Made by a program: the position numbers and the translations under genes. Of a stretch of 64,000 nt of DNA, positions 41,357-51,134 are shown piece by piece. Position 1 is the first letter of the stretch; every line of letters begins with the position of its first letter. The notes under the pieces are model-generated. The model had not been told where the DNA came from. It searched no databases and was given only the letters and a program-made list of their open reading frames with translations. Origin of the DNA: Chloroflexota bacterium (lineage in GTDB: Bacteria; Chloroflexota; UBA11872; VXOZ01); contig OZ219802.1 of assembly GCA_964291655.2 (NCBI GenBank), positions 1,920,001 through 1,984,000 of the forward strand, written 5' to 3'.

Positions 41357-41431
41357 GCAACGAACGGAGCGCCACGTCAGGGCAGCGACTCTAGCGCTGT
41401 TGCAGGAATACCGGATAGAAGAGTACTACCT

Positions 41432-42196
41432 ATGATCGCTCCCCGCTCCCGAGTAACACCGCCTTTTGTGCTCGCCGCTGTTGTGGCGCTGGTGGGGGTG
41501 TGGGCGTTGGCGGCGATACTGGTTGGCAATCCGATCTTGCCGGTGCCGTGGGTGGTGGCGGAGGCCTTCTGGCGCGAGTGGACGAACGGCTTGTGGGAAG
41601 ACCTGCTCGTCAGCGCCTACCGCGTGGTGCTGAGCATCATCATTGCCGTAATCTTGGCGGCGCCGGCGGGCATGGCCGTGGGGCAAGCGCCCATGATAGA
41701 CCGCATTGCCAGCCCGCTCATCTACCTCATCTACCCCGTGCCCAAGATCGTGCTGCTGCCCATCATCATGCTCTTCCTGGGTATCGGCGAGACCTCCAAG
41801 ATCTTCATTATCAGCCTCATTCTGTACTTTCAGATTCTTGTGCTCACGCGTGACGCCGCTTACGCCGTGCGGCCTGAACTCGTGCTCTCGGTGCGTTCGC
41901 TGGGTGCGCGCCGCCGCCACTTGCTGCGCTACGTGTACTTTCCCGCGGTACTGCCGTCTATCCTCAGCGCGTTGCGCATCACCAGCGGTACGGCCATAGC
42001 CGTACTTTTCTTCACGGAGACTTTCGCCACACAGAGCGGACTGGGGTACTTCATCGTGGTGCAGTCATGGGGACGCGTGGACTACCCCGCCATGTACGCG
42101 GGGATTGTGGCGATGGCCGCGCTCGGTCTCAGCCTGTACGCCGTCATCGAGTTCCTCGACCGCCGCTTCTGCGCCTGGGTGCAAGCGGGTGTGTGA
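41432..42196 (+). CDS. ABC transporter permease (SsuC/TauC type), no adjacent ATPase or binding protein
   Basis: PVPKIVLLP, RSLGA (EAA loop), PAVLPSILSALR, SGLGY. Confidence 0.92.
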   Translation: MIAPRSRVTPPFVLAAVVALVGVWALAAILVGNPILPVPWVVAEAFWREWTNGLWEDLLVSAYRVVLSIIIAVILAAPAGMAVGQAPMIDRIASPLIYLIYPVPKIVLLPIIMLFLGIGETSKIFIISLILYFQILVLTRDAAYAVRPELVLSVRSLGARRRHLLRYVYFPAVLPSILSALRITSGTAIAVLFFTETFATQSGLGYFIVVQSWGRVDYPAMYAGIVAMAALGLSLYAVIEFLDRRFCAWVQAGV

Positions 42197-42266
42197 CGCT
42201 GCTGTGGCGGGTGAGAACAAAGCACGCGAATGGTCCATACGATACGCCGATTCGTGTCGTCATTCC

Positions 42267-42534
42267 TGTAAGTGTCAGGTAATTCGTTGACAGATTCTAG
42301 AACAAAAGCAACCTTTCGCAGTGTTAGACATGACTAGTACACATGTCATTCCGAACGAAGCGCAGCGAAGAGTCGCTCTTAGCGCGGAATCTAGTGTGTT
42401 GAAGCCGTTAAAGTGCGTTGAGCAGGGACCCTAGATTCCGCGAACCCTGTTCGGCGCTGCGCTCGGAATGACATGCACGGTCGGCACTGACCAATAAATA
42501 GAAGATTCTGTCAACGAATTACTCAGCACATACA
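42267..42534. mobile_element. MITE family B, 268 bp, inside an RPE-like palindrome
   Basis: GTC-ATTCC|TGTAAGTGTCAGGTAATTC...ACTCAGCACATACA|ATTCC-GGCGCAAGCCGGAATCC: 5-bp duplication ATTCC. Confidence 0.9.
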
Positions 42535-42602
42535 ATTCCGGCGCAAGCCGGAATCCAGCGCCTGCGGCCGCATGATGAACAATGACGCCACCGCGCGCCT
42601 AA

Positions 42603-43400
42603 TCACTTCCTGATGATATAGACCTCCGCCACCAGATTGGGACGCATCGTTTCGAGCGTTTCTTCACCCGCCGGCTGCGCGCGCACCCACGTCTGCACCT
42701 CTGCCAAGATGTGGTCATACGCTCGGTCAGGCACCGCCCAGAACTCCGTATGGAGCTTTAGCCGCAGGTGTTCTAGCGCTGTCCCGTACGTGATGGTCTT
42801 TTCCCAAGTTAGGTCGTGGGTGTCGACGGCGAGCGACGTCGCACTCTTTGCAAGCAGATATTCGCCGAGTTCACTGCGGTCTTTGATACCTACGTAGAGA
42901 TTGGTATAGCCCCGCTCCCGACATCGGGCGGAAAACTGCCTTCTTACCGCATGTTTGAAGGCGCCTTTTTCGTTGATGTGCATAAACAGGCCGCCATTCC
43001 TCGTCACCCGGATAAGCTCATCAACGGCCGATTGCCAGTTGCCGACGTGTTGAAAGAGCTTGGAAACCACAACCGCATCATAGGAATCTTGTGGGTCTTC
43101 TAGTGCACGCACGTCGCCCAGCCTGAACTCTGCACTGTCACCAGGTTCCAGTTTCTGCCGGGCGATCTCTAGCATGGCCGGCGACACGTCCACACCTACC
43201 ACGCTATGGCCACTCTTTATCAGCGGAAGGGAGACTTGTGCGGTGCCGCAGCCGGCATCGAGTATGCGGCCCAGATCGGCGAAGCCAGCTTTCGCGAAAA
43301 TGCGTTCGAAACACGTATGTAAGAGCCCAAAGGGAATGGTGCGCGTTGCGTCATAGTGCGGCGCGACCGGAGTGTAATCAGAGGTGTCTTGAAATCCCAC
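42603..43400 (-). CDS. Class I SAM-dependent methyltransferase
   Basis: ILDAGCGTA, GVDVSPAML, GDV. Confidence 0.9.
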   Translation of the reverse strand: MGFQDTSDYTPVAPHYDATRTIPFGLLHTCFERIFAKAGFADLGRILDAGCGTAQVSLPLIKSGHSVVGVDVSPAMLEIARQKLEPGDSAEFRLGDVRALEDPQDSYDAVVVSKLFQHVGNWQSAVDELIRVTRNGGLFMHINEKGAFKHAVRRQFSARCRERGYTNLYVGIKDRSELGEYLLAKSATSLAVDTHDLTWEKTITYGTALEHLRLKLHTEFWAVPDRAYDHILAEVQTWVRAQPAGEETLETMRPNLVAEVYIIRK

Positions 43401-43702
43401 GTGATGCCTTTCGTCGGCCTAAGCGCCTAGGCTGAGCTAGTGGTTTCTTTGGGCACCAAGAGCGGGGGACAAGCCCCCGCGCTACGACTGAGCTGCTTGC
43501 AGCGGGCGTGCAAGCGATAAGTGAAGAGCAACGTGGCGTGGCGAACAGAATGTCGCTGCTCGCACTCACCGGGCACCTTTTCGGACAAATATCAAATGCG
43601 GGACGAAATCACAATACGAGAAGGAGGAGCAAGGCCAACTACAGAAGGGAGAGTCTGTTCCATGGCGGGAGCAATAAAGGGATGAATCCCCCTGCACTTG
43701 TT

Positions 43703-43954
43703 CTAGAGAGGTATGATCTCGAAAACTCTCCCTAAGATCAGGAGGTTGAGGGCGAATAGGAGACCAAGTACCCACCTGTGAATGCGGAACTCACCGCGCA
43801 TTTCATTAGCAAGCGCGTTCACGATGCCTTCGAGCGCACTCACTTTGGCTTCAAGCGCGACAATTTCATTCTTTGTGCTCGCTAAATCTGCCTTTGTCGC
43901 TAGGTGATCGTAAACGCCTTCTAGGCGAGATAGCCGCTCCTCAGTCGTTGCCAT
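43703..43954 (-). CDS. Small coiled-coil membrane-anchored protein (LATKADL / DUF1640-like)
   Basis: ERLSRLEG..HLATKADL heptads, C-terminal TM helix, GGAGAGG RBS. Confidence 0.7.
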   Translation of the reverse strand: MATTEERLSRLEGVYDHLATKADLASTKNEIVALEAKVSALEGIVNALANEMRGEFRIHRWVLGLLFALNLLILGRVFEIIPL

Positions 43955-44081
43955 TGCCCTCCTCCTTCTCCCTAGACTATAGCACGAATGAAACAATTAT
44001 GGCAGGATGAAGTATTCGCGCTACAGCGCATCGTCAGGGACTTCCTCATGAAGGTGGGTCGGGGGCGCAATGGTGCTGTTG

Positions 44082-45284
44082 CTAGTCTGTTTCGCCAGCA
44101 CGGACGGTCAGCACCGGTTCCCACACGCCGCCTTGGCGCTCATTACCCGCGGCGTCGCGGTGGGCTTGCGGTGCGTCGTGCCAGCGGAGCACGGCCAGGT
44201 CGGCGCAGGCGCCGGGCGTCAGAGCCCCGATCTCGTGCTCCAAGCCGAGGAGCGCGGCGGGACGCGACGTCACGCGGGGCCAGATATCGGCCTCCTGCAT
44301 GCCGGCAGCGCGGAGCTTGGACATCACCAGCGGCAGGTGGTGGCGCGGATTTGCTCCTACATGACGGACGTAGACGTCGCTGGAGATCGTGTCCGGCAGA
44401 AAGCCCTCGGCAATTGCGGTTGCGGCAATATCAAAGCTAAAGGAGTCATAGCCGTGACCGAGATCGAAGAGGATACCGCGTTCACGAGCCTCCCACACGC
44501 AGTCGAGCACGCGGCCGTCAGCCACAGGACTTCCACCCCGCGCGTGAAAGCAGTAGGTCACCACGTCGCCGGGTCGCAGTAAAGCGAACTGCTCCTCCAG
44601 CGACCAGTCGTCGTGGCGGCGCTGGCCGACAAGGAGGGGTTTGCCCGTGCGTTCGGCTGCCTCGAGAGCGCGGGCCATGATCTCGCGGGGATCGTTGCCG
44701 CCACAATTGGTGGGGCCAACATTCAGGGCAATGCCCCAGATGAGATCGGGTTCCTGCATGATTGTAGCCACACAGGCGTCTACGTCGGCGTCGGCCAGAT
44801 CGGCAAAGCAGCCTGCCTCATTGGATTCGCCGGAGGCCGAGAGATTGAGGGCCATGAGAATGCGGGTGCGGCTGCCGGCAATGGTTTCTTCCTTATAGCG
44901 CGCCCAGTTGTTCGCTCCCGCGTCACCCTGCGAGAGCAGCGTCGTCGAGCCGTACGGCAAAATGTGCGTATCGGGCGCGATACCGTACTTGGAGCCCGAG
45001 AGCGCCGGATGCGCATGGGCGTCCACGAGGCCGGGCAGCAAGATGCCATCGGGCAAGGTGAGAATCTGGAGCGCCGAGTCGAGCGGCAGAGCAGCGCCCT
45101 CCGCGGCGTGCGGTGACGAAGTCGGCGTCTGCGACGAAGTCGGCGTCTGCGAGAGTAGCGATACCGCCGCGATGCGGTCGCCGCGCACCGCCACGGCGCC
45201 GGGGCCATCCCGTCCCGTGGCGGGACATAGAACGCGCCCGGCGTGGATTACCAGATCGTACGGAGTGGCGGAAGGTGTGCTCAT
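44082..45284 (-). CDS. Amidohydrolase/deacetylase (dihydroorotase-like) family protein
   Basis: PGLVDAHAH, GDAG, LRPGDVVTYCF, FDLGHG, TISSD, GACADL. Confidence 0.9.
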   Translation of the reverse strand: MSTPSATPYDLVIHAGRVLCPATGRDGPGAVAVRGDRIAAVSLLSQTPTSSQTPTSSPHAAEGAALPLDSALQILTLPDGILLPGLVDAHAHPALSGSKYGIAPDTHILPYGSTTLLSQGDAGANNWARYKEETIAGSRTRILMALNLSASGESNEAGCFADLADADVDACVATIMQEPDLIWGIALNVGPTNCGGNDPREIMARALEAAERTGKPLLVGQRRHDDWSLEEQFALLRPGDVVTYCFHARGGSPVADGRVLDCVWEARERGILFDLGHGYDSFSFDIAATAIAEGFLPDTISSDVYVRHVGANPRHHLPLVMSKLRAAGMQEADIWPRVTSRPAALLGLEHEIGALTPGACADLAVLRWHDAPQAHRDAAGNERQGGVWEPVLTVRAGETD

Positions 45285-45588
45285 GTTTCTCCTTGGGACC
45301 AGTGGGTGGGTGACGTTCACCCTTGAAGCTACCTGTATGATGCCGCCGCCCGGCGGAGCGGTCAATATACGTCCTCGCCTCCATCTCAAGAATTGGAATT
45401 GCGGACTAATCTCCTTCAATCTACCCGGTTTTCACCGGTCTGGTACAGGTACGCGTAATTGCTCCCAGGGAGGGCGACAGAAGAAGCAAAGCACTGCCTC
45501 AGCCCTGTGTAGCAATACCAACTCATGTGTAAAGTATGTCCCCGCACACCTGTAAACTATGTGTCAGGTCTATACACCCTCTCCCCAG

Positions 45589-45789
45589 GAGGCCGTCTCA
45601 TAAATGCATCGCTCAGTGTAGACCTGCCCTTCGACCCTTCGACAGGCTCAGGACAGGCAGGCTCAGAGCCTGCCCCGTACTTGATACGGGGGCGAACGTA
45701 AAAGGCAACAATCCGTTCGTGCTGAGGGCTGCGCGAAGCCCTTGTCGAAGCACGATATGGCTTATCGAGCCGACTTATGAGACAGCCTC
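45589..45789. mobile_element. MITE family C copy, preceded by an isolated family-A-like right end (about 45525-45576)
   Basis: GAGGCCGTCTCATAA...TTATGAGACAGCCTC with CCAG duplication; upstream TGTAAACTATGTGTCAGGTCTATACA. Confidence 0.82.
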
Positions 45790-45792
45790 CCA

Positions 45793-45947
45793 GGGAGAGG
45801 GAGTAATCGGCGGGCTGCTGGTCGACATTCCACAGCGGACAATTGGGAGAGAGGGCGTAATTGGGGCGCTGCTGGTCGAAGTTACGAATTGGACTCTCTG
45901 GGGAGAGAGAGTAAGTGCTGCGCTGCTGGTCGAGATAGTGCAGAGGT
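45793..45947. repeat. Three degenerate units of about 53-54 bp (GGAGAG..GTAA...GCTGCTGGTCGA)
   Basis: GCTGCTGGTCGA recurs three times at regular spacing. Confidence 0.7.
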
Positions 45948-46236
45948 GACCTTGAGGACTCCCTGCACGTCACGTAGGGCGCGCGTCACGAGAGGTTGTT
46001 TGCAGGCTGCATGCCGCCGGCTGAAGGAAAAGCACGTTTGGAGTAGCGTGACGAATCACAGAGCACCCCTCCTGACCGATCAGTCTAGATGAAGGACCAG
46101 GCATAATCGCAGAGTGCCTTCTTTGGGATTCTCGGCAGGCCGGTCAGCCTCGCTCTTGCGGGATGCGGGCGCAGTCCGCGAACTCTGCGACGGACCGTTG
46201 GTTTTCGCAAGCTGCGAGGACATTCGAGAGAAACAA

Positions 46237-46274
46237 TAAGGAGGAGGGTGACGGTTTCGTCATCCTCCTCCTTA
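46237..46274 (-). terminator. Intrinsic terminator downstream of the DksA/TraR-like gene
   Basis: TAAGGAGGAGGGTGACG / CGTCATCCTCCTCCTTA stem, followed on the minus strand by TTGTTTCT. Confidence 0.7.
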
Positions 46275-46312
46275 CGGAGTGAGAGGGTAAGAGACAGCAG
46301 GTAAAATTCTGC

Positions 46313-46699
46313 TTAGCGTGCCCCGAACCAAGCGCGCTCGCGCCGGGTCTGGCACGCGACGCACAACGTAGCTTCCGGCACAAACTCCAGGCGTTCCGCA
46401 GATATGCCCTCTCCGCAGTCTTCGCAGACGCCGTAGGTGCCGGCCTCGGCTTTCTGCCAGGCCTGATCGAAGGCCCTCAGGTCGCGCCGCAGCACATCAA
46501 GCACTGCTTCGCGATCCTCTTGGATGGCGACTTCCTGCGCCAAGTCCACAAAGTCATCATCGTCTGCCGAAGCATCACTGCCACGTTCACGTTCCCGCAA
46601 GTCGGTTGCGATTGAGTTTGCAAGGAGCGCTGCCAGGGCGTCCCTCGCCTCTTGCAACCGCTGCACGCGGTCTACTCTATGCTCTAGCTCTCTGGCCAT
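46313..46699 (-). CDS. TraR/DksA C4-type zinc finger protein
   Basis: DxxDxA (DFVDLA), GTYGVCEDCGEGISAERL..P.ATLCVAC. Confidence 0.92.
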   Translation of the reverse strand: MARELEHRVDRVQRLQEARDALAALLANSIATDLRERERGSDASADDDDFVDLAQEVAIQEDREAVLDVLRRDLRAFDQAWQKAEAGTYGVCEDCGEGISAERLEFVPEATLCVACQTRRERAWFGAR

Positions 46700-47198
46700 G
46701 GTGTACCTCCTTCACTGCACTCCGGCGGCCTTGTGGGCGGCGCCGGTGCCGTGCCACGATGTGGGCTAGGTGGGACGCGGTGTAACTCCTTTGTTACGTT
46801 TTTGCGGCCCACCGGGTCGCAACGAGCTATTTCTGCCAGCATACCACCGGATTTCAAGACTGTGAAGCGATTCTAAGGAACTTCTTAGGATATTCGCCAA
46901 TTATTAAGGATATTCTAAGAATCAAGCTTCTATTCTAATAACTATAGTCTTTATAGTAACGGATGTGGGGCATGGATTTGAAAGATTCTCTTAGGTTGCC
47001 ACTAAAAGGGTTGCAGTCCTGATGAAGAAGGATTAAGAAAAGTGACGTTTGGCAGGAGACTAATCTCACCCACTCTGATCTTACATTCCCCGGCAGGAAC
47101 ACCAATCTGCGCTCGCAGGGCACTATCAGCAATGCCGTTTGGCGGCGCAGAACGCAACATGGCACAATGACGTATACATACCGAGGAGATCACATTCA

Positions 47199-48239
47199 AT
47201 GAGGACGCATCGGATTGCCGTTGCCGGTCTGGGTTCTTTTACGCAACGCGTCCTGCTGCCCGGCCTCTTGAGTTGCGACCGCGTACACGTGGTTGGCGCC
47301 TTCACGCGGAGTCGGGAGCGCGCCGCAGAAATGCAGTCGCAGCACTCGAGTTTGCCGATACACACAGACTTCTCGCGGATGTTGGTTGTTGCCGAGCCGG
47401 ACATCGTATTGGTCGGCACCCCAAATGCCGCACACGCGCCCATGACCATCGAGGCCGCCCAACGGGGCTGTCATGTCATCTGCGAGAAACCCCTTGCGCC
47501 AACACTGCAGGGAGCCGAGGCGATGGCGGCGGCTGTGGGCAAGGCCGGCGTGCGCACGGCGGTAAACTTTACCTTTCGTTCAATCGGCGCCGCGCGCTAC
47601 GCCAAGCACCTGTTGGACGAAGGTCGCGTGGGGCGGATTTCTCATGTTACCGTACTGTACCTGCAAGACATTCGGCATGGCGCGAACCGCCCCAAAGTAT
47701 GGCGCATGGATGGTGAAGTAGCCGGGGCCGGCGCGCTCGGCGACGTGGGCAGCCACGCTATCGATCTGGTGCGGTGGTGGTGCGGTGAGTTTGCTAGTGT
47801 AACAGGTCACGCCTTCACACACAACGTGGAGCGCGACGGCGGCGCGGTTAGCAACGACGATACCGCAGTCTCCCTCGCGCGGCTGGAATCGGGTGTGCCG
47901 GTCACGCTGCACATCAGTCAGGCGGCGGCCGGTCGCTCGAACTCGCTGCGCGTGGAAGTGTACGGCGAGGAAGGAAGCTTGATCTTCACGGCAGAACGCG
48001 GCACGGATCCCACGGTGCGGGTGGCTGAACCGGGTGAAATTGGCTTTACGCAGTTGCCGGTTCCTATGGAATTCACCGTTGCGTATGAGGACTTTCCCGC
48101 CTATCACGCCGCGCGGCTGGTGGGCACCGTCCTCGGTACGGACTTTGTGGCAGACTTTGCCGACGGTCTGGCGGCACAGCGCGTCATCGACGCGGTACAG
48201 CGAGCGGCCGCAGACAGCTCCTGGATTTCACTGACCTGA
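47199..48239 (+). CDS. Gfo/Idh/MocA oxidoreductase
   Basis: GLGSF, TPNAAH, CEKPLA, GALGDVGSHAID. Confidence 0.93.
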   Translation: MRTHRIAVAGLGSFTQRVLLPGLLSCDRVHVVGAFTRSRERAAEMQSQHSSLPIHTDFSRMLVVAEPDIVLVGTPNAAHAPMTIEAAQRGCHVICEKPLAPTLQGAEAMAAAVGKAGVRTAVNFTFRSIGAARYAKHLLDEGRVGRISHVTVLYLQDIRHGANRPKVWRMDGEVAGAGALGDVGSHAIDLVRWWCGEFASVTGHAFTHNVERDGGAVSNDDTAVSLARLESGVPVTLHISQAAAGRSNSLRVEVYGEEGSLIFTAERGTDPTVRVAEPGEIGFTQLPVPMEFTVAYEDFPAYHAARLVGTVLGTDFVADFADGLAAQRVIDAVQRAAADSSWISLT

Positions 48240-48262
48240 GCGGTGGGGTCGGTCTACGACCA

Positions 48263-49462
48263 CTAGGTGCGAGAAGCCTCAGGATCGGCCGGAGGGGCGC
48301 TCTCCGCAGGCGATGGTGCGACTTGTGGCTGCCCATCGTCTTGCTGCGCCGCTTGCTCGGCAGCCGCTGGCTCCGGCTCAGGGTCGTCACTCATTTGGGC
48401 GATGAGCCACGGCACCAGCAGGCGCATTATAAGTACCTGCATTGCAGCCATCAGCGGCACTGCTATCACGATCCCGACTATTCCGTAGAGCACGCCTCCC
48501 GCCAGCACGCCTACCATTACGAGGATGGGATGCAGTCCGACGGCACGTTCCATCACTTTGGGAACGAGGATGTTGTTCTCTAACTGTTGCACGATCACGT
48601 ATAGGATTGCCGTGGCCAGCGCCAGCCAGGGGGAGATTATGAGCGCCACGAGTACTGCCGGAATGGCCCCCAGAAACGGTCCGATGATGGGGATGATCTC
48701 CATGAGGCTGGCCCATGTCGCCAGGGCAAGCGGATACGGCACTCCGAGCACAAAGAGGCCGACAAACGTCACGGTGCCGATGAATACCATGAGAATGACC
48801 TGGCCGCGCACCCACCCGCCGGCGCGTTGGGAGAGTTCGGCGGCCAGGCTGCGGACCGCCGTCGCGCGCCTTGGCGGCAAGAGCGCGATCACGGAGCGAT
48901 TGAGCCGTTCCGTGGCGCTCATCCAGAAGAAGCCAATCACGAGCACAGACACCACACCGAACAAGAACCCTAAGACCTGAAATGGTACAACAGCCAAGGT
49001 ACCGATGAGCTGAGTGATTGTGCTGGTGAGATCCGAGCCAAGTTCCCGCACTTCGTCGTCGAAACCAAAGTCTACCGATATCTGGTAGAGCCTTGGGACT
49101 TCGTCCCGCGCCCAGTCGGCAAGCTCCAATGTTATGTCGTCTACTTCACGTACCTGCACCACAAGTGGAGGGACGAGAATCAGGCCCAGTCCTGTTAGTA
49201 CTAACGCCAACAGGAAATAGACGATCATAACAGCGGCGCCGCGGGGGATCTTCCAGGTCCGCAGCTTGTTGGCGATTGGCCGAATTGATTCCGCCAGGAG
49301 AATACCGAGGAACAGCAGCACCAGCACGCTGACGATGCGCGTGGCAATGATGGCGATGAAAACCACAAGTAAAACCACGCCGGCGCCGAGCACAAAGCTC
49401 ATAGGCGTGATGCGGATATCGCGTGATTCGGGAAGGTTGTCCATAGCAGTGAAATACAGCAT
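48263..49462 (-). CDS. AI-2E family transporter
   Basis: Multi-TM; IPIIGP, VQQLENNILVPKVM..VGLHP, AVPL. Confidence 0.93.
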   Translation of the reverse strand: MLYFTAMDNLPESRDIRITPMSFVLGAGVVLLVVFIAIIATRIVSVLVLLFLGILLAESIRPIANKLRTWKIPRGAAVMIVYFLLALVLTGLGLILVPPLVVQVREVDDITLELADWARDEVPRLYQISVDFGFDDEVRELGSDLTSTITQLIGTLAVVPFQVLGFLFGVVSVLVIGFFWMSATERLNRSVIALLPPRRATAVRSLAAELSQRAGGWVRGQVILMVFIGTVTFVGLFVLGVPYPLALATWASLMEIIPIIGPFLGAIPAVLVALIISPWLALATAILYVIVQQLENNILVPKVMERAVGLHPILVMVGVLAGGVLYGIVGIVIAVPLMAAMQVLIMRLLVPWLIAQMSDDPEPEPAAAEQAAQQDDGQPQVAPSPAESAPPADPEASRT

Positions 49463-50008
49463 AGCACGCCGCCAACGCTGTTAGCAAAGTGACCCATCCC
49501 TGCCTATGGGCCGCTGCGACTAGAACTGCTGGCGTCGGTTGCGATGCTCGCCGTCGGCTACGCGGAGCATAGCGGCCGGTCCTTGGGGACGGTGGGCCCC
49601 TGAACGGACCTCATGACAGTCTGAATCTAGAGGAAGGCTACTCGCACAAACCTGTACGACTTGGCGCCAATGGTTCGGAAACCGGTAAGGTGGCAGGAAG
49701 AGTACATATGTGCTGCTATTGAAGTATTATATTACTGTTATCCTTATTGTGTAGTGTTGATATGAGTAGCCCCAAACCGTGTGAACGAGACTTTCAGCAT
49801 GAAACGCGAGCGGGCCGGCGGGAACGGCTTTTCCCAAGCGTGGAAACTCTCGGGCTACCGCGCCGGTAGCACGGTATGGCTGAACATCCAGTCGCTATAG
49901 ATTGCGCCGCGGCTCTCGCCGTGTATACGGGGCAAGCGCTTTGCATTTCGCTCTCGATGCAAGGCAAAGTCAACATACCAGACGCGCCCGATACCGGAGG
50001 TTGAAACG

Positions 50009-50626
50009 GTGATCGACGGCGAGCAACAGCCAATTCCGGGACAAGGCGCTGGTGATTCCGGCGGTTCGCTCCAATGGCTGGAACGCAACCGCTTGAGCAT
50101 TGTGCTCTTGCTGGTCGTGCTCACTGCTGTTGCGCTGGGACTGTACGCCTTGCAGTTGCGCAATACCGCGCCGATTACGGTGACGCCGGTGCAGACGGAG
50201 TTGCGCGATGTCAAGGTGTACATCACAGGCGCCGTGGCACAGCCGGGTGTCTACGCCGCTACGTCCGGCGAACGGGTTGGGGACGTGGTGGCGCGCGCCG
50301 GGGGTTTTACGACGGAAGCCGATCCCGTAGCGATCAATCTGGCGCGGCGCATACGGGACGAGTTGCACGTTCACGTTCCCGCTAAGGGAGATACGTCGCA
50401 ATTAAGCGTGGACGGCGCGGAACCGTCCACGCTCAGGCCGATCAACATCAATACGGCAACGCAAAGGGAACTTGAAGCGCTGCCCGGCATCGGCGAGGTA
50501 ACCGCGCGCCGCATTCTCGCCGCCCGCGATGCCGACGGCCCGTTTGCCAGCGTGGACGATCTGCGCCGCGCGGGCGTACGCGAATCCGTCATCGAGCAGA
50601 TTCGCAGCCTGGTCGTTGCCGAGTAA
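50009..50626 (+). CDS. comEA: Competence DNA receptor ComEA (SLBB + HhH)
   Basis: TM anchor, VYITGAVAQPGVY, INLA, ININTAT..LEALPGIGEVTA. Confidence 0.9.
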   Translation: MIDGEQQPIPGQGAGDSGGSLQWLERNRLSIVLLLVVLTAVALGLYALQLRNTAPITVTPVQTELRDVKVYITGAVAQPGVYAATSGERVGDVVARAGGFTTEADPVAINLARRIRDELHVHVPAKGDTSQLSVDGAEPSTLRPININTATQRELEALPGIGEVTARRILAARDADGPFASVDDLRRAGVRESVIEQIRSLVVAE

Positions 50627-51134
50627 GCCGGTGTGAGGGCATGGGTGTTGCCCTCGGGTACGAGACTGTTCATTGGCGCTGCGAGGGAACGAATTCGACC
50701 GCAGAACCCACTTGGTGGGCACAGGTTCCAATCTTGTGCTACCCTCTCCAATCAAGGAGACTCTGGTAGATCGCTGGCAAGTAGGCAAGTAAAACGCTGG
50801 CCAGCAAGAGGGATGACCGCCGTCCATTACGAGTCAGTCGCTAAACCACAACCAGAATCCTACGATAACTCCCTCTCCCTCGGGAGACCTTTGCGTTACT
50901 AGGTCCAGAGGGAACTGTTTTGCCCCCTCTTCCTGGGGAAAGGGTTGGGGTGAGGGGAACATTACCCATGGGGCCAACCCTATCGCATTGCACGAACAAA
51001 GTCGCGCCATAGGACCCTGTTGAGGCAGTATGCCCCGTAGGGAGGCGTACTAGGTGGGGAATGTCGGAATCGAAATGTCTTGGCTCCACGAGTAAACGCC
51101 GGATAAGTTCAGTGAAGAAACGAGTGTATGAGTC

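Noticed and set aside
50700-50750. tRNA T-arm-like or 6S-like hairpin (GCACAGG-TTCCAAT-CTTGTGC)
   Set aside because: There is no cloverleaf or long 6S rod. It fits a GTGG/GTAG-tagged REP hairpin related to those at 7702 and 57536.
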